Positions 39,407-52,400 are shown, counted from the first letter of the stretch. The stretch: DNA of 64,000 bases from Antedon mediterranea (GCF_964355755.1 NC_092672.1:28402437-28466436), one strand, 5' to 3'. Program-made: numbers and translations. The notes: a model not told the origin generated them from the sequence alone.

Positions 39407-40030
39407 CCCGTGGGGGTCACTTGTATATAAACCAAACGGTGGGGGGGGGGGGGGTGCAGCAGCCACTTCAAGACATGAGGCACTTGCGCTACCTGTTTTA
39501 CTGAAAAATACTACGGACTTGAACTACCATTTACCAAAATCCAGTGTACTTTAAAAAGACGGTAGGCAGAAACAAGGCCACGCCAGAGAGGGCGCAATGT
39601 TTGTACTGGTTCCCGGCATGATCTGCGCATTGCCAAAGAGACCGTTCATGGCAAAATCACGAAGTTTATCGCTCGTCCGTGTGGTGCATGACGACGATGA
39701 TCAAGATTGGTCACAGTTGAATGATTTTTTATGCGAAAACTCTAGGCCTATTCAAAGGTATTTAGCGATGGGCTTATATAGCCGGGCTTATAGCATCCAG
39801 TATGCTAAAATACCTGCAAAATGTGGCGATAAATCGTCAAATTTTGACACGGGTGGGCGGGCCAGGGACTTGAACTACTAATTTCACCCCGTCATTTCCC
39901 ACACTTGTGCTACCAACTCTCCATATTTTCCCACACTTGTGCTACCAGGCCCTCGAAATCATACCCGTAAATGCGACACCTCCCCGTATGGAAATATTTA
40001 AGAGTGAAACCCCCCCCCCCCCCTCCCTGT
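39407..40030. mobile_element. Non-autonomous DNA transposon with G/C-tract termini
   Basis: 9-bp TSD GAAGTGCGT (39398-39406 and 40031-40039); removal restores EEVRMAQLADDT. Confidence 0.8.
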
Positions 40031-40338
40031 GAAGTGCGTATGGCACAACTTGCAGATGATACAGTATTGTTTGCAGGAAACGAAAAAAGTATAACAAGAG
40101 GTCTATTCATTGTTAATCATTTCTGTGAAGTATCTGGTTTAAGCTTAAATAATAACAAAACTAGTGCCATGTGGATTTTATAGAAGGTATTACCATTCCC
40201 AAATGGGAAAAAGAAATTGGTATTGAAATTACAAACTGGTTTGATATTTGGTCAAGAAAAGTAAGAAATGAGAAATACAAAAAATATGCATAACTTAATT
40301 ACAAATTGCTTCTCAGAATTTTACCAACACATTTACAA

Positions 40339-40855
40339 CTAGAGGGTACTCCGAGAGTACAAACCTCCGCCTACTGTAAATTTCCCTACATAAAATTCAC
40401 CCGGAAAATATTATAGGCTAACTGCACACTACAAAGTTGTGGATGAGCGTTTGGTGTAATTGTTATGTATCCAGCCTCTCACAGTTGAGATCGCTGGTTC
40501 AAGTCCCGCTGATGTTTTTTTTTTATTATTATTGTATTTTATTTATTTTTTTGGACCTTGATCTTTGACCCTGACCCTTCAAAATTTAACCACAATTATA
40601 TGATGAGTCAGAATCGGATTAAAACTGTGGTCTCTAGGCAGTAAAATAGTTTTTTGTTAGTTGTGACCTTGACCTATGACCTTTTCCCCTCAAATTCGAA
40701 CTCCTCTGAGCTTTTTGGGCTTAGATCATTGTGAACAAATTTGGTGAGAATCAGCTAAAAACTGTGGTCTCCAGGATGTTCACATACACACACACACACA
40801 CACACCCACGCACACAAACATACAGGGGTGAAAATATAACCTCCTTGGTGGAGGT
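40339..40855 (-). mobile_element. Solo HINE-like element, family C (517 bp)
   Basis: CTAG, hairpin GTACTC-CGA-GAGTAC, subTIR ACCTCCGCC, (CA)n tract, cap ACCTCC-TTGGT-GGAGGT, AA flanks, and a tRNA-like segment at about 40445-40515. Confidence 0.85.
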
Positions 40856-41475
40856 AACTATATAAATGGAATATTAAAAACCCCAAAAAATGTTATGTGA
40901 TGTAACTGAGGATGAAAAACACATGTTTTTCAAATGTAAAAGCAATGTCTATTTATGGAAAAAATCAATAAAATAATAAAAAGTTAGATAATAGTATCGG
41001 TTCTTTTGAAGAACTTGTTTTTGGGTGAATGCAATATAAAGATAAATTTATGCTCTATATTCTATATACAAAATAAAAATATTGTCAGAATTAAATAGGT
41101 CAATCTGTAAAAACTTATGGATTATGTTTAAAAATATACTTACACAAGAGCATTCCATGAATGTATTTTTAATTTTTTTTTTTAAGGTTACTGTAAATAA
41201 ACTAATTTGTACAAAAATGTAAATAATGCAAATAAAACAGAAAAGAAAAATAGGGGGAAAACACTAAAAAGAAGAGTAAGCAGAAAGCACTGAAAATGCT
41301 ATACTCTAGTATAGTTTTTTCAGATGTAAGGGGAAACTTAATATTATAAATGAAAATATTTATATATTTAAAAAAGATAATACACAAACATAATAAAATT
41401 GTTTATTTATCAAAATGATTATGTTTTGAAATTAAGTAAAGGTGAGTGAACCTCACAAAAAAAAAAAAAAGAGGC

Positions 41476-41825
41476 CAGGGGTTCTCAACAGGCGGCTCAA
41501 GGACCAAATGCGGCTCGTGGGTGCATTTCATATGGCATGCAAAGAGATACTGCTAAAAAGTTTACTCCTTATAGCGGCATGGGTTCCCGTAAGCAGGGCT
41601 ATAATATTAGCAGCAACCGGAACCGGCACATCTAGCTCTATTTTTCAAATGGTACTGGTCGGTCCTGGAAACTAAGTGCCATTTCCCGTTTTTTTTTATC
41701 TTTGTAGGCCTACTCCATGACCCAAATGCCCTTGTTACATGGCTGTTCCAGCCTATAATATCTGGCCCGCGGCGACATTTGTAAATTGCAATATGGCCCA
41801 CGGTAGGAACGGTTGAGAACCCCTG
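41476..41825. mobile_element. hAT-like MITE
   Basis: 14-bp TIR CAGGGGTTCTCAAC / GTTGAGAACCCCTG; TSD not preserved. Confidence 0.75.
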
Positions 41826-41870
41826 ACATATTCTAATAACTAAAAGATAAAATATAAGTTGTATCTGAAC

Positions 41871-41998
41871 CGTTAACTGATAACGCAAGCCCGTTTGGTA
41901 GATAAAGTGCCGTTGTCACAAGTTCTTCTCTGGTACTCAAGTCATTCAGCTTCGCGCGCTCTATCTTTTGCAAACCATAATCAGTCCAGTACAGGTAT
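41871..41998 (-). CDS. LRP/LDLR-like gene exon 4
   Basis: ttatag acceptor; YLYWTDYGLQKIERAKLN...PNGLALSVN; weak donor gttcag but phase-consistent. Confidence 0.8.
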
Positions 41999-42302
41999 CT
42001 ATAAAATAAAGCATAATAATTTCTCGTATTTATAACGTCCATGTGTAGAAATATATAATACAACTATTACAACCGGAACAGATGAAAATATTCAATTTCA
42101 TTATTAATAAGAAAACCAATGGAAATTAACAAAATTAAACAAATCAATGTTGAATTTTGATCTACGTCATTTAAAAAAAATTATTTTGTTAAAAAGGTAC
42201 CGTGATAAAGCCCTGCATAGAGCAAAGATAGATTGATTTGCATAAGTAAACCCACCTAAGTAAGATTTAAACCCGATTTCTTCAGATAAGCTACGTACAT
42301 AC

Positions 42303-42465
42303 CCGTTAACAGTATCTATCGCAATCCCACGTGGACCGCCTAATGATGTATCAAAAAGAACTGTTCTGCCTGTTCCATCCAGATTTATTACTTCGATTCG
42401 GTCTTCTACCTCATCTGTCCAATAAAGTTTATTTTCAATTACGTCAACGGCAATACCACGAACAC
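42303..42465 (-). CDS. LRP/LDLR-like gene exon 3 (not in the ORF track)
   Basis: GVRGIAVDVIENKLYWTDEVEDRIEVINLDGTGRTVLFDTSLGGPRGIAIDTVNG; gtatgt donor. Confidence 0.9.
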
Positions 42466-43411
42466 CTTAATTAATGAGAAATATCATCTTTATATTATTG
42501 CTGTGGGTTAACATTACCTTGAAACATTACCTATACAGCCTCAGATTATGTATTAGTGTAACCCTTCTTGTTCGATAAAAAATAATGAAAACTCGGATTT
42601 CAAATGAATTTATATCATTCCGGAATTTATTCCAATTGAAGTTTAATCTTAAACTAAAATAGAAAATACATACATGTATTATAATATAACTAACATACAT
42701 CGATCGATTAAAACAATACAACACTATCAAAACAGGTAACTCTTGATATCTTAATCCATAATTGTCTTCATAATTAATCAATAATCAATAATATCGTAAT
42801 AAAACAAAAATGCTATAGCAATAGTAATTAAGTGAAAATTCAATATAAAACACGCTAATGCTTCATCACTTTATACATTTACTAAAGCCTAACATATTCC
42901 TTGGAATATCTTTAATACAAACGTATCCTTTAACATACTAGATCAAGAGTGAAATAAAAGTTATAACAAGTGTACATAATACAGTAACCCTATGAGTCGT
43001 TCAGCCAATTCGGCGAACATAACACTATGTTCTTGATCCTAAATTAATATAAAGATGGATCATCGTAACAAGGCTTCTAATAATTAGTCGTATGGACCAG
43101 AAACTTAAAAAAACAGGTTGTTAATATGGTTAGAGCAGTGTTACACTTTGTATGTCTTGGTTTTATCTGTGTGAATCAGGGGAATGGAATGTGGGGCTGG
43201 TCTTATTTGACAACTTTGGGTTTAGGTTATTTATGTCTTCTTCAAGAGGGCTCTTTATTTTATGGTTCCCTGTCATTTCAGATTTTGCACTGTGTTACAT
43301 ATAGGCCTAACCTATATTTTAATTCTTGGCCAAGTTCTTCTTCACGGCTGTCAATAGTACATTCTACTTGATAATTAATTGAACATAAACAGAATAATGT
43401 CTTGTTCTTAC

Positions 43412-43663
43412 CCCTAACTTCAGTAGAAACCAAAACTTTGTGCTGATTATTGGCAAATGAATACCATTCAATGGTATCATTAGTATAAGAAGACCAGTAT
43501 AACGTTAAGGTGTCAGGATTATAATCAAGAGCTGTGATACCGATTGGTGTTGGTGAAACTGTCTGTGGCAATGCGGCCACAAAGTTTAAAGTTGTGTTAG
43601 TCAGACTTATGTTTGAATAATAAATGGTGTCTTGATAACCACCTACGAACACAATATCACGTC
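43412..43663 (-). CDS. LRP/LDLR-like gene exon 2
   Basis: ttacag acceptor, gtaaga donor; ITALDYNPDTLTLYWSS. Confidence 0.85.
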
Positions 43664-44248
43664 CTGTAAGATAATAACGTTACATCGAATACAATAACCT
43701 AAATAATACAAATACAATAACTTAAAACCATGAGTACATTCTAATAAATAAAACACGAATACAGACTCTGTGCATCCGTCAGACAGCGTAACACAAACTA
43801 CAAATGATATCTATAGTTAATATCTAATTTGTTAGGTAAAAACAAAAGCTCCCTCTATAATGTAAAGCATCCTTCTGTAACAACAAACCTTATTTCTGAA
43901 AACACTGTCATGCAAACTTTACTTCCAGAAAATAATATATTATTATAATATTAATAGAAGAAGAATAGTTTATTATTATTCATTAAATAATTTTTTTTGT
44001 AAGAATGATGGAAATTAGAGGGAGCTAACCGTACCTTTATGCCTACCGTAACAGAGTTATATTGGGAAGGTAACCTGTTAATTGTACACTGTAATATATA
44101 TATATATATATATATTTTTTTTTGTTGAAATTATAGTGTAGTTTGATAGTCATTTCGTATGATACATGATTATATTTCACCGTATTTATATTTTTTTTTC
44201 TAAAAACGCATAATTATATTAAGGCCATGTCTTGAAGTCAATACTTAC

Positions 44249-44309
44249 CGTAAACGAATCCTATGCGTAAAGTCACTAGACACATTGCAAACAATAGAGA
44301 TGTCATCAT
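44249..44309 (-). CDS. LRP/LDLR-like gene first coding exon, signal peptide
   Basis: MMTSLLFAMCLVTLRIGFVY-G then gtaagt; phase 1 matches exon 2. Confidence 0.78.
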
Positions 44310-44825
44310 GTTACTTCTATATACAAAAAAATATTTGTTATCGAGGATTCATGACAACTTAATTATATCTTCTTTTTTACATGTCAAACAAAAACTAGCC
44401 CTAATAATATTAGTACTATAAAATATCGTGTTATTATGATACCATTAAGTAAGTGCTTCAAGCTATTTTACATGGATACAATTTATCAACGTTGATCAAA
44501 TAGATATCATTGTGTGCAACTTATGATTTTAATTATAATGCAAACTCTACCAACAGACTTTTGTTGGAAGAGAATGGTACTTATAACACGCTTTGATGTC
44601 ATGGTATGCCTACCAACATGCTTCACTGGGTATTGCATAAAAAAAAAAACTTTTAGCAGTATATGAATTGTAAGCACGATCGATATGTCATTTAGAAATA
44701 ATAAAGGCTGAAAATAATGAAAATGCTGTGGGTATCGGTGACTGGATCTCAATGGAGATACAAAATAAAATAATCAAAATGCTACTGTAGATCAAAACGA
44801 TAAAGTAAAACAGCCAGAAAATTAT

Positions 44826-44862
44826 CAGAGCTTTCGGGTAACACTAGCCCTTCATCAGTGCA
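44826..44862 (-). ncRNA. Penelope-type minimal hammerhead ribozyme motif
   Basis: Minus strand CA-CTGATGA-A-GGG-ctagtgtta-CCC-GAAAGCTC-TG, with intact core boxes. Confidence 0.6.
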
Positions 44863-44955
44863 AGTGAGAGTATATATATTGTGAGGGTGTTTGTTGTATG
44901 AGAGAACGTATATGGTGGGTGAAAATCGGTGAAAATATGTGATAATACCATATAT

Positions 44956-45027
44956 GGCTCTGTGGTCTGGTGGTATGATACTCGCCCTGTAAGCGAGAGG
45001 TCGCAGGTTCGACTCCCGCCAGAAACA
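44956..45027 (+). pseudogene. tRNA-like sequence (pseudo-tRNA or SINE head)
   Basis: A box TGGTCTGGTGG, stem CTCGC/GCGAG with loop CCTGTAA, B box GGTTCGACTCC; acceptor stem pairs only 5 of 7. Confidence 0.7.
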
Positions 45028-46419
45028 TTTTTTCAACATTTTTTTACAACTAAAAATACGGAACTTTCGCCGATGAGCTATGCTCGACACGATTATGAGA
45101 CATTGGTCCAAATATGAGCACTGTTTCAATAATTTGACAGTATTATTTATTTTATCTCTGGTGCGCGTGCGTACAATTGAGGGAATAGTGCTGAAATCTG
45201 TGAACATAAGAAAAAGTTGCTTCAACCGAGATTCGAACCCGGCATTATAAACTTATTTTGTGCTAAAAACGTTCTAAAGTTCACACCGAAAATCACCAAA
45301 AACACTGATTGTTCACATTATATTGGTCAAAACTTCGCTGATACTTATCCGATATTTTTCTGGAAAAGTCAAATTTGTTGAAAGTTTAATCATCTTTACA
45401 GCAATATAAATATTAATAACTAAATGCTACGTATTTTTTCCGGAAGTTTGATTCCACTCGTGAAAACGAAACAGTAAAATCGGTTAAATTACCATGCTAT
45501 AATAAATACAAATTCCTCTATAGCCAGTTTCTTCCCAAAGGTAAGAAACATCTCTGTCCAAAAACAGACGATCAATGATACAAATAGCCAAAAAAGGCTG
45601 AAACCGTAACATTTTACATGAAAAATGTTTAAATTTATAAGAAAATATCATATATGTAAACAAATGTATAAAATGTATAGACAATTAAATATAAAAACAG
45701 GAAACGACATTCATATTAAACTGAGTAAAGGACATCAATAAAAAAAAAAGAAGATTAAGGCGGATCATTAAGGAGTCTGATTAGGGCTGGAATAGCTGAC
45801 TTTCAGTGTCTCTCAGTACGACAAAAGGATCATCAAAGTTTTTCTAAGGCATCTCAAACACTCACGTTTAGGGAGTAACAAACTGCCGATATCAGATAAA
45901 AGAAGTTTCTTCCCAAAGGTAAGAAACATCTCTTCTCGCCTTAAGCGAAGTAAGATCTACAGACCCAAGAACAATATCGTAATGGGTATAGTCTGAACCG
46001 AGAATGAGACGTAACACTCTTTTCTGAATTAACTCAATACGCTACATGTTTAAATGTTAAAGAGGTATGCCAGACACAGCATGAAGCATACTCTAAACAC
46101 GGCCTAATATATGTGGTATAAACACTACCATGACATTTCGATGGTTTCGGAATGATCTGATTATTATTGCACCAGAGTTCAATCTCATTAAGCATACATT
46201 GCATAGAGGATTACCACCCTTTTTAACAATTTCACCAATGGTAAGGTCATTAACATATTTTCATCGCCTGCAGTTTCCCTCACAATCATTATTAATGAGG
46301 ATGTGTAGATGGTATATTAGTGCCAATTTTGGAATTAATAACTCTATTAGAAAGGAAATTGCAGACAATGGGTATGATTGACGGTCTAACACCAATGGAA
46401 ATCATCTTATTAATTAAAA

Positions 46420-49417
46420 ACTAGTTCTTCGAAGAGATCGCGACCGCAAAGGCGGTGGCGTATGTACGTATATAAGGGATGACATCGCGTTTAACCGGCG
46501 TTCAGATATTGAATCCGACGAAGCTGAAGTACTTTGGATTGAACTGATCCTGCCTAAAACCAAACCCATTATAATTGGAACATGTTACAGACCACCAAAG
46601 CAAACGAACTTTCTAACTCTGTTTGAAAATATGTTATCTAAAATTGGAATGGACAGTGAATTAATTGTTGTTGGCGATTTTAATATATGTACTTTAACAA
46701 AGTCATCTTTATTGAATAGCTATAATCAAATTCTAACGATGTTTAGTTTAAGTAACAAAGTAACTGAACCAACTAGGATATGCCCTACAGTTGCTTCATG
46801 CCTCGATCATATATTATGTAATAATGAGAATAAGATAAGCCAATCGGGTACAATCGCAACAGGTCTAAGCGATCACTTAATGACATTTTGTACACGGAAA
46901 ACTATTAAACTTAAGTTCAATGGACATAAAAATGTATATATCAGATCACTAAAAAACTATACCGTTGATCAATTTAGAAACATACTAATAGATATCGATT
47001 GGTCAGTAGTTACCTCTATCGGAGATGTAAATGAAGCTCTGTATAAATTTAATGCATTACTTTTGGCTGCTATTGATTCCATTGCCCCCCTTAAAAACAT
47101 TAGGATGAAACAAAGAACGGAACCATGGTTAACTAGAGAAATTTTACAAGACATTGAAACCAGAGATAAATTATTAAATATGTATAATAAAAACAAGAAT
47201 AATACCGACTTATTAATACAATTTCGCAAACTAAGAAATAAAATACAGCGTGATATAAATAAAGCTAAATCAAATCATTTGTTAAACAAGGCTGAAGAAA
47301 ATAAAAATAACCCTAAAAAATTATGGAAAATGTTTAAAGGTCTAGGCTATAGTAATACATCTAAGGATAGTGCTAAAACGGTTATTGACCTGCCCAATGG
47401 TACTAAATGTTTCGACCCAGCCAAAATTGCTTCTTGCTTCAACGAATATTTTACTACTATTGCAGCCAATTTGGTCAGTAAACTTCCATCCCCTAAGAAT
47501 GTGTATGACTGTACGTCGTCCAAACTTAAGGATTTCTATAGAACCGTTAGTGGCAATAACTTTATGCTCAACTCAGTGGACGAAGACTTTATATATAGTG
47601 AATTAAACAAACTTAATGCGACAAAAAGCACGGGTGTCGATAAGATACCTCCCCGCTTCATAAAAGATGGGGCTGAAATTCTAAAAGTTCCCATTACCTA
47701 CATAATTAATTTATCAATTAGTACCAGTACAGTCCCAGAAGACATGAAAAAGGCCAAGGTCATACCTCTTTATAAAAAAGGTAGTAGAACCGATATTGGA
47801 AACTATCGCCCTATAAGTATACTCAGTACAATGTCTAAAATTTTAGAGAAGGCTGTTTTTATTCAAATCGAAAAATACCTTACTGAAAACAACGTATTGT
47901 ATAAATATCAATCTGGATTTCGAGCTGCCTTCTCTACTGACACATGTTTGATAGACTTAGTTGATTCCCTTAAAACCCAAACTTCTAAGGGAAATTTCTC
48001 GGGTATGGTGTTGGTCGATTTAAAGAAGGCATTTGACACTGTAGATCATGACATTTTATGTAATAAGCTTAAATTAATGGGTATTGGATCTATTGAATGG
48101 TTCAAATCTTACTTATCAATAAGAAAGCAAATAGTAACTGTTGATGATCATTGCTCTCAATCTTGTACTGTTACATGCGGGGTTCCTCAAGGAAGTATCC
48201 TTGGACCCCTTTTGTTCTTATGTTTTGTTAATGACATGGTAACTTGTATTGATTCTGATTGTAAACTCCTTCTATACGCTGATGACAGTGCAATTGTTTA
48301 TTCACACAGAAATCCAGATATTATTTCTAAGAAGCTAGGGTCAACACTAGACTCCTTGTGTGATTGGCTTGTAGACAATAAGTTAACAATTAACCTGGAT
48401 AAAACTGAGTGTATACTATTTGGATCTAAGAGAAAAACTAAAAATGTTAACAATTTTAATGTCTCAACAAATGGTAACAATATCAACACTAGTAATTGTG
48501 TCAAGTATCTGGGTATTGAAATAGATCAAAATTTAACGTGTTCTGAATATGCATGTAAAACCATTAAGAAAATTAATAATAGGCTTAAGTTTATGTACCG
48601 CCAACGTAAGATACTAAGTTGTAAGAATCGTAAACTATTATGCTCTGCTCTCATCCAATGTGTTTTTGATTATGCTGCATCTTCTTGGTTCTGTGGAACC
48701 AGTAAAGCTATCCAAAGAAAACTACAAATTGCTCAAAACAAAATGGTTAGACTCATAAAAGGAGTTGAACCCAGAAGACATATAGGTGCTGATCAATTAG
48801 ACGATTATGGATTGTTAAATGTAAAATATCGAGTAAAGTTCTTGCAAATTAGCCAAGTTCATAAAATATTTATGGGCAGAAGTGCTTCATACCTAAACGA
48901 AAACTTTCGTAGAGTTAATAACTTACATGGTCACTTCACTCGTGGTAGTAAACTCAATTTTGTTGTACCTAAAGTCCAAGGCATAGAATGTAATACGTTC
49001 TATTTTAATGCAATCAGAGAATGGAATAACCTTCCTGACTATATTAAACAAATTTCCAACACATCTAAATTTAAAACTGAATTGAAACAATATTACAAAA
49101 TTAAACATAGATAAATTATTATTGTGCCATTATATCAGATGTTTTGCTTGTATGCTTATATATTTATGAACCCCGTCTTATAATGTTTGTTTTGTTAAAA
49201 TTATAATTACTATCTTTTTAGGGACCACATTGGAATTAAGTTGTTTTACTTTAAACGACTTTATGTGTTTTCCCGTGCATCGTCAGACTTCATTAATCCC
49301 GCCATTTTTATTTGCTTTTTTGATGTACATGTATATTAATATTTAAGGTGATTTTATATATTATTGATGTATTTTTAATGTTATTTATTGAGATGCCAAA
49401 TAAATGAAAGAAAAAGA
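46420..49417 (+). mobile_element. Young 5'-truncated CR1/L2-group (Crack-like) LINE
   Basis: TSD AATTAAAA at 46412-46419 and 49418-49425; empty site in the sister units; AATAAA-like A-rich tail. Confidence 0.92.
46421..49114 (+). CDS. LINE ORF2, partial APE plus reverse transcriptase, frame open from the truncation point
   Basis: RRDR..GGGV, CYRPP, GDFN, LDH, SDH, NYRPISIL, DLKKAFDTVDH, GVPQGSILGPLLF, YADD, KYLG. Confidence 0.93.
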   Translation, partial: LVLRRDRDRKGGGVCTYIRDDIAFNRRSDIESDEAEVLWIELILPKTKPIIIGTCYRPPKQTNFLTLFENMLSKIGMDSELIVVGDFNICTLTKSSLLNSYNQILTMFSLSNKVTEPTRICPTVASCLDHILCNNENKISQSGTIATGLSDHLMTFCTRKTIKLKFNGHKNVYIRSLKNYTVDQFRNILIDIDWSVVTSIGDVNEALYKFNALLLAAIDSIAPLKNIRMKQRTEPWLTREILQDIETRDKLLNMYNKNKNNTDLLIQFRKLRNKIQRDINKAKSNHLLNKAEENKNNPKKLWKMFKGLGYSNTSKDSAKTVIDLPNGTKCFDPAKIASCFNEYFTTIAANLVSKLPSPKNVYDCTSSKLKDFYRTVSGNNFMLNSVDEDFIYSELNKLNATKSTGVDKIPPRFIKDGAEILKVPITYIINLSISTSTVPEDMKKAKVIPLYKKGSRTDIGNYRPISILSTMSKILEKAVFIQIEKYLTENNVLYKYQSGFRAAFSTDTCLIDLVDSLKTQTSKGNFSGMVLVDLKKAFDTVDHDILCNKLKLMGIGSIEWFKSYLSIRKQIVTVDDHCSQSCTVTCGVPQGSILGPLLFLCFVNDMVTCIDSDCKLLLYADDSAIVYSHRNPDIISKKLGSTLDSLCDWLVDNKLTINLDKTECILFGSKRKTKNVNNFNVSTNGNNINTSNCVKYLGIEIDQNLTCSEYACKTIKKINNRLKFMYRQRKILSCKNRKLLCSALIQCVFDYAASSWFCGTSKAIQRKLQIAQNKMVRLIKGVEPRRHIGADQLDDYGLLNVKYRVKFLQISQVHKIFMGRSASYLNENFRRVNNLHGHFTRGSKLNFVVPKVQGIECNTFYFNAIREWNNLPDYIKQISNTSKFKTELKQYYKIKHR

Positions 49418-52400
49418 AATTAAAACAGTGTGGTCAACACGATCGAACGCTTTGGCGAAATCTAAAGCACAAACATAGACGTAACAGCTTTTACCATCAA
49501 CATCTTTAGAAATAGAGTCAAGCATGGTAATTAAATAATGAGAAGTCGAAACGCCTTTCCTACTACCGAACTGTTTCAAATTAAGCACGCGACCAAAAAC
49601 ACATATAATGAACCGTTCCTATTAAATTATTGCCTGTAAACGGTTCGTTTGAATGACCGACAACCTTTTTAAGCAACTTCAGGGCTGTTGGTGCAAAATA
49701 AGTTTATAATGGAACCTTTTGCTTGATATGCAGATGTCCTAAACATTAGACCACTGGGGCTTTCATGGTATTCAAAATTGCACTGATAATAAAATGTATT
49801 ACTTAATACTTACCCAGATTCCAAATTTGATTAGTAGTTAAACTAGAATTCGCTTACCGACCAATTTACCTACACTGAAAGAGACTTGCCTTTATTGTCG
49901 TTATGTGAAGTAAATTTGATTGTTAAGTATATTTGAATTATAATTTATAAATATTTCGATAAACCAATTATTGCTACGTTTCGACTATTTTCATGTCAAT
50001 ATATTTGGTCACGCAAATGACTCTATTTAAATCCTCGTTATTATGTTCTTTACTTAGGACAATTCTTCTTATGCCCCAATAAATTTGGCACTCCTTATAC
50101 AATAATTGTTTTTAATAGCTGAAACCCAAATGAACAGCTCGATTAGTAGAGATAATGGCCTGATTATGAGCACTGTTTCAATAATTTGACAGTATTATTT
50201 ATTTTATCTCTGGTGCGCGTGCGTACAATTGAGGGAATAGTGCTGAAATCTGTGAACATAAGAAAAAGTTGCTTCAACCGAGATTCGAACCCGGCATTAT
50301 AAACTTATTTTGTGCTAAAAACTTCTAAAAGTCACCGAAAATCACCAAAAACACTGATTGTTCACATTATATTGGTCACAACTTCGCTGATACTTATCCG
50401 ATATTTTTCTGGAAAAGTTAAATTTGTTGAAAGTTTAATAATCTTTACAGCAATATAAATATTAATAACTAAATGCTACGTATTTTTTCCGGAAGTTTGA
50501 TTCCACTCGTGAAAACAGTAAAATAGGTTAAATTACCATGCTATAATAAATACAAATTCCTCTAAAGCCAGTTTCTTCCCAAAGGTAAGAAACATCTCTG
50601 TCCAAAAACAGACGATCAATGATACATATAGCCAAAAAGGATGAAACAGTAACATTTTACATGAAAAATATTTAAATTTATAAGAAAATATCATATATGT
50701 TAACAAAAAGTATAAATTGTGTAGACAATTAAATATAAAAACAGGAAACGACATTCATATTAAACTGAGTAAAGGACATCAAAAAATATAAAATAAAAAA
50801 GAAGATTAAGGCGGATCATTAAGGAGTCTGATTAGGGCTGGAATAGCTGACTTTCAGTGTCTCTCAGTACGACAAAAGGATCATCAAAGTTTTTCTAAGG
50901 CATCTCAAACACTCACGTTTAGGAAGTAACAAACTGCCGATATCAGAAAAAGAAGTTTCTTCCCAAAGGTAAGAAACATCTCTTCTCGCCTTAAGCGAAG
51001 TAAGATCTACAGACCCAAGAACAATATCGTAATGGGTATAGTCTGAACCGAGAATGAGACGTAACACTCTTCTGAATTAACTCAATACGCTACATGTTTA
51101 AATGTTAAAGAGGTATACCAGACACAGCATGAAGCATACTCTAAACACGGCCTAATATATGTGGTATAAACACTACCATGACATTTCGATGGTTTCGGAA
51201 TGATCTGATTATTATTGCACCAGAGTTCAATCTCATTAAGCATACATTGCATAGAGGATTACCACCCTTTTTAACAATTTCACCAATGGTAAGGTCATTA
51301 ACATATTTTCATCGCCTGCAGTTTCCCTCACAATCATTATTAATGAGGATGTGTAGATGGTATATTAGTGCCAATTTTGGAATTAATAACTCTATTAGAA
51401 AGGAAATTGCAGACAATGGGTATGATTGACGGTCTAACACCAATGGAAATCATCTTATTAATTAAAACAGTGTGGTCAACACGATCGAACGCTTTGGCGA
51501 AATCTAAAGCACAAACATAGACGTAACAGCTTTTACCATCAACATCTTTAGAAATAGAGTCAAGCATGGTAATTAAATAATGAGAAGTCGAAACGCCTTT
51601 CCTACTACCGAACTGTTTCAAATTAAGCACGCGACCAAAAACACATATAATGAACCGTTCCTATTAAATTATTGCCTGTAAACGGTTCGTTTGAATGACC
51701 GACAACATTTTTAAGCAACTTCAGGGCTGTTGGTGCAAAATAAGTTTATAATGGAACCTTTTGCTTGATATGCAGATGTCCTAAACATTAGACCACTGGG
51801 GCTTTCATGGTATTCAAAATTGCACTGATAATAAAATGTATTACTTAATACTTACCCAGATTCCAAATTTGATTAGTAGTTAAACTAGAATTCGCTTACC
51901 GACCAATTTACCTACACTGAAAGAGACTTGCCTTTATTGTCGTTATGTGAAGTAAATTTGATTGTTAAGTATATTTGAATTATAATTTATAAATATTTCG
52001 ATAAACCAATTATTGCTACGTTTCGACTATTTTCATGTCAATATATTTGGTCACGCAAATGACTCTATTTAAATCCTCGTTATTATGTTCTTTACTTAGG
52101 ACAATTCTTCTTATGCCCCAATAAATTTGGCACTCCTTATACAATAATTGTTTTTAATAGCTGAAACCCAAATGAACAGCTCGATTAGTAGAGATAATGG
52201 CCTGATTATGAGCACTGTTTCAATAATTTGACAGTATTATTTATTTTATCTCTGGTGCGCGTGCGTACAATTGAGGGAATAGTGCTGAAATCTGTGAAAA
52301 TAAGAAAAAGTTGCTTCAACCGAGATTCGAACCCGGCATTATAAACTTATTTTGTGCTAAAAACTTCTAAAAGTCACCGAAAATCACCAAAAACACTGAT

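Larger units (their letters stand above)
38460..41470 (+). mobile_element. Old, heavily deleted Tx1-like LINE in intron 4
   Basis: Remnants KWIEEG, KSPGYDG, NWSHITLLTTDYKIL, MAQLADDT, NYKLLLRILPT, and a poly(A) tail at 41457-41470. Confidence 0.8.

Noticed and set aside
44956-45027. Functional tRNA-Thr(TGT) gene
   Set aside because: Acceptor and T-stem mismatches and C at position 33; treated as tRNA-derived.
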